Source: Hemiscyllium ocellatum (taxonomy: Eukaryota). From it: a DNA stretch of 64,000 nucleotides. Below the pieces are notes generated by a model. That model ran no database searches, was not told where the DNA came from, and saw nothing but the letters and a program-made list of their open reading frames with translations. The stretch is from positions 70,680,001 through 70,744,000 of the forward strand of contig NC_083413.1 of assembly GCF_020745735.1 (NCBI RefSeq). The letters are read 5' to 3'. The translations under genes and the position numbers were made by a program. This document shows, piece after piece, positions 63,760 through 64,000 of this stretch; position 1 is the stretch's first letter; every line of letters starts with the position of its first letter.

Positions 63760-64000
63760 GTTGGGAGGTCATGTTGCGGCTGTACAGGAGATTGGTTCGG
63801 CACTGTTGGAATATTGCGAGCAATTCTGATCTCCTTCCTATTGGAAGGATGTTGTGAAACTTGAATGGCTTCAGAAAAAAATTACAAGGATGTTGTCAGG
63901 GTTGGAGGATTTGAGCTATAGGGAGAAGTTGAAAAGGCTGGGGCTGTTTTCCCTGGAGCGTCGGAGGCTGAGGGTTGAACTTATCGAGATTTATAAAATC
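63760..64000 (+). mobile_element. CR1 fragment running off the window end
   Basis: Highly similar to 1321-1560 (agttgggaggtcatg...ggctggggctgttttccctggagcg). Confidence 0.92.

Noticed and set aside
1-64000. CRISPR arrays, operons, rRNA or bacterial retron-type RT systems
   Set aside because: There are no regularly spaced repeats or prokaryotic gene structure; all RT motifs belong to eukaryotic CR1 or Penelope elements.

Overview
This is eukaryotic, repeat-dense, apparently non-genic DNA. The repeat families (HE1-type tRNA-derived SINEs sharing a 3' tail with HER1/CR1 LINEs, DeuSINE-like relics, Poseidon/Neptune-type Penelope elements) point to a cartilaginous fish, probably a shark (inference). 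I found no host protein-coding exon I can support. Nearly all long ORFs are decayed CR1-clade ORF2 fragments (APE endonuclease/reverse transcriptase) or their antisense shadows. Main contents: over 20 CR1-type LINE pieces, including one near-full-length minus-strand copy (~33990-38630) with zinc-finger/SGNH-esterase ORF1 and tandem 5'UTR repeats; 12 HE1-type SINE copies; two Penelope GIY-YIG fragments and several Penelope terminal-repeat relics carrying minimal hammerhead-ribozyme motifs; two decayed Harbinger-like Myb/SANT elements, a MITE and a probable decayed hAT transposase; and several multi-level nested insertions. The most unusual items are: (1) a 394-bp TSD-flanked, hairpin-forming insert built from a 198-nt hammerhead-containing unit (retrozyme-like mini-Penelope, 35683-36076); (2) a Penelope copy with a twin-priming-type 5' inversion and target deletion (31753-32820); (3) a ~150-nt rod of five nested perfect stems in otherwise unique DNA (20667-20822). 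Family names come from motif recognition, not database searches; ends of old repeats are approximate.
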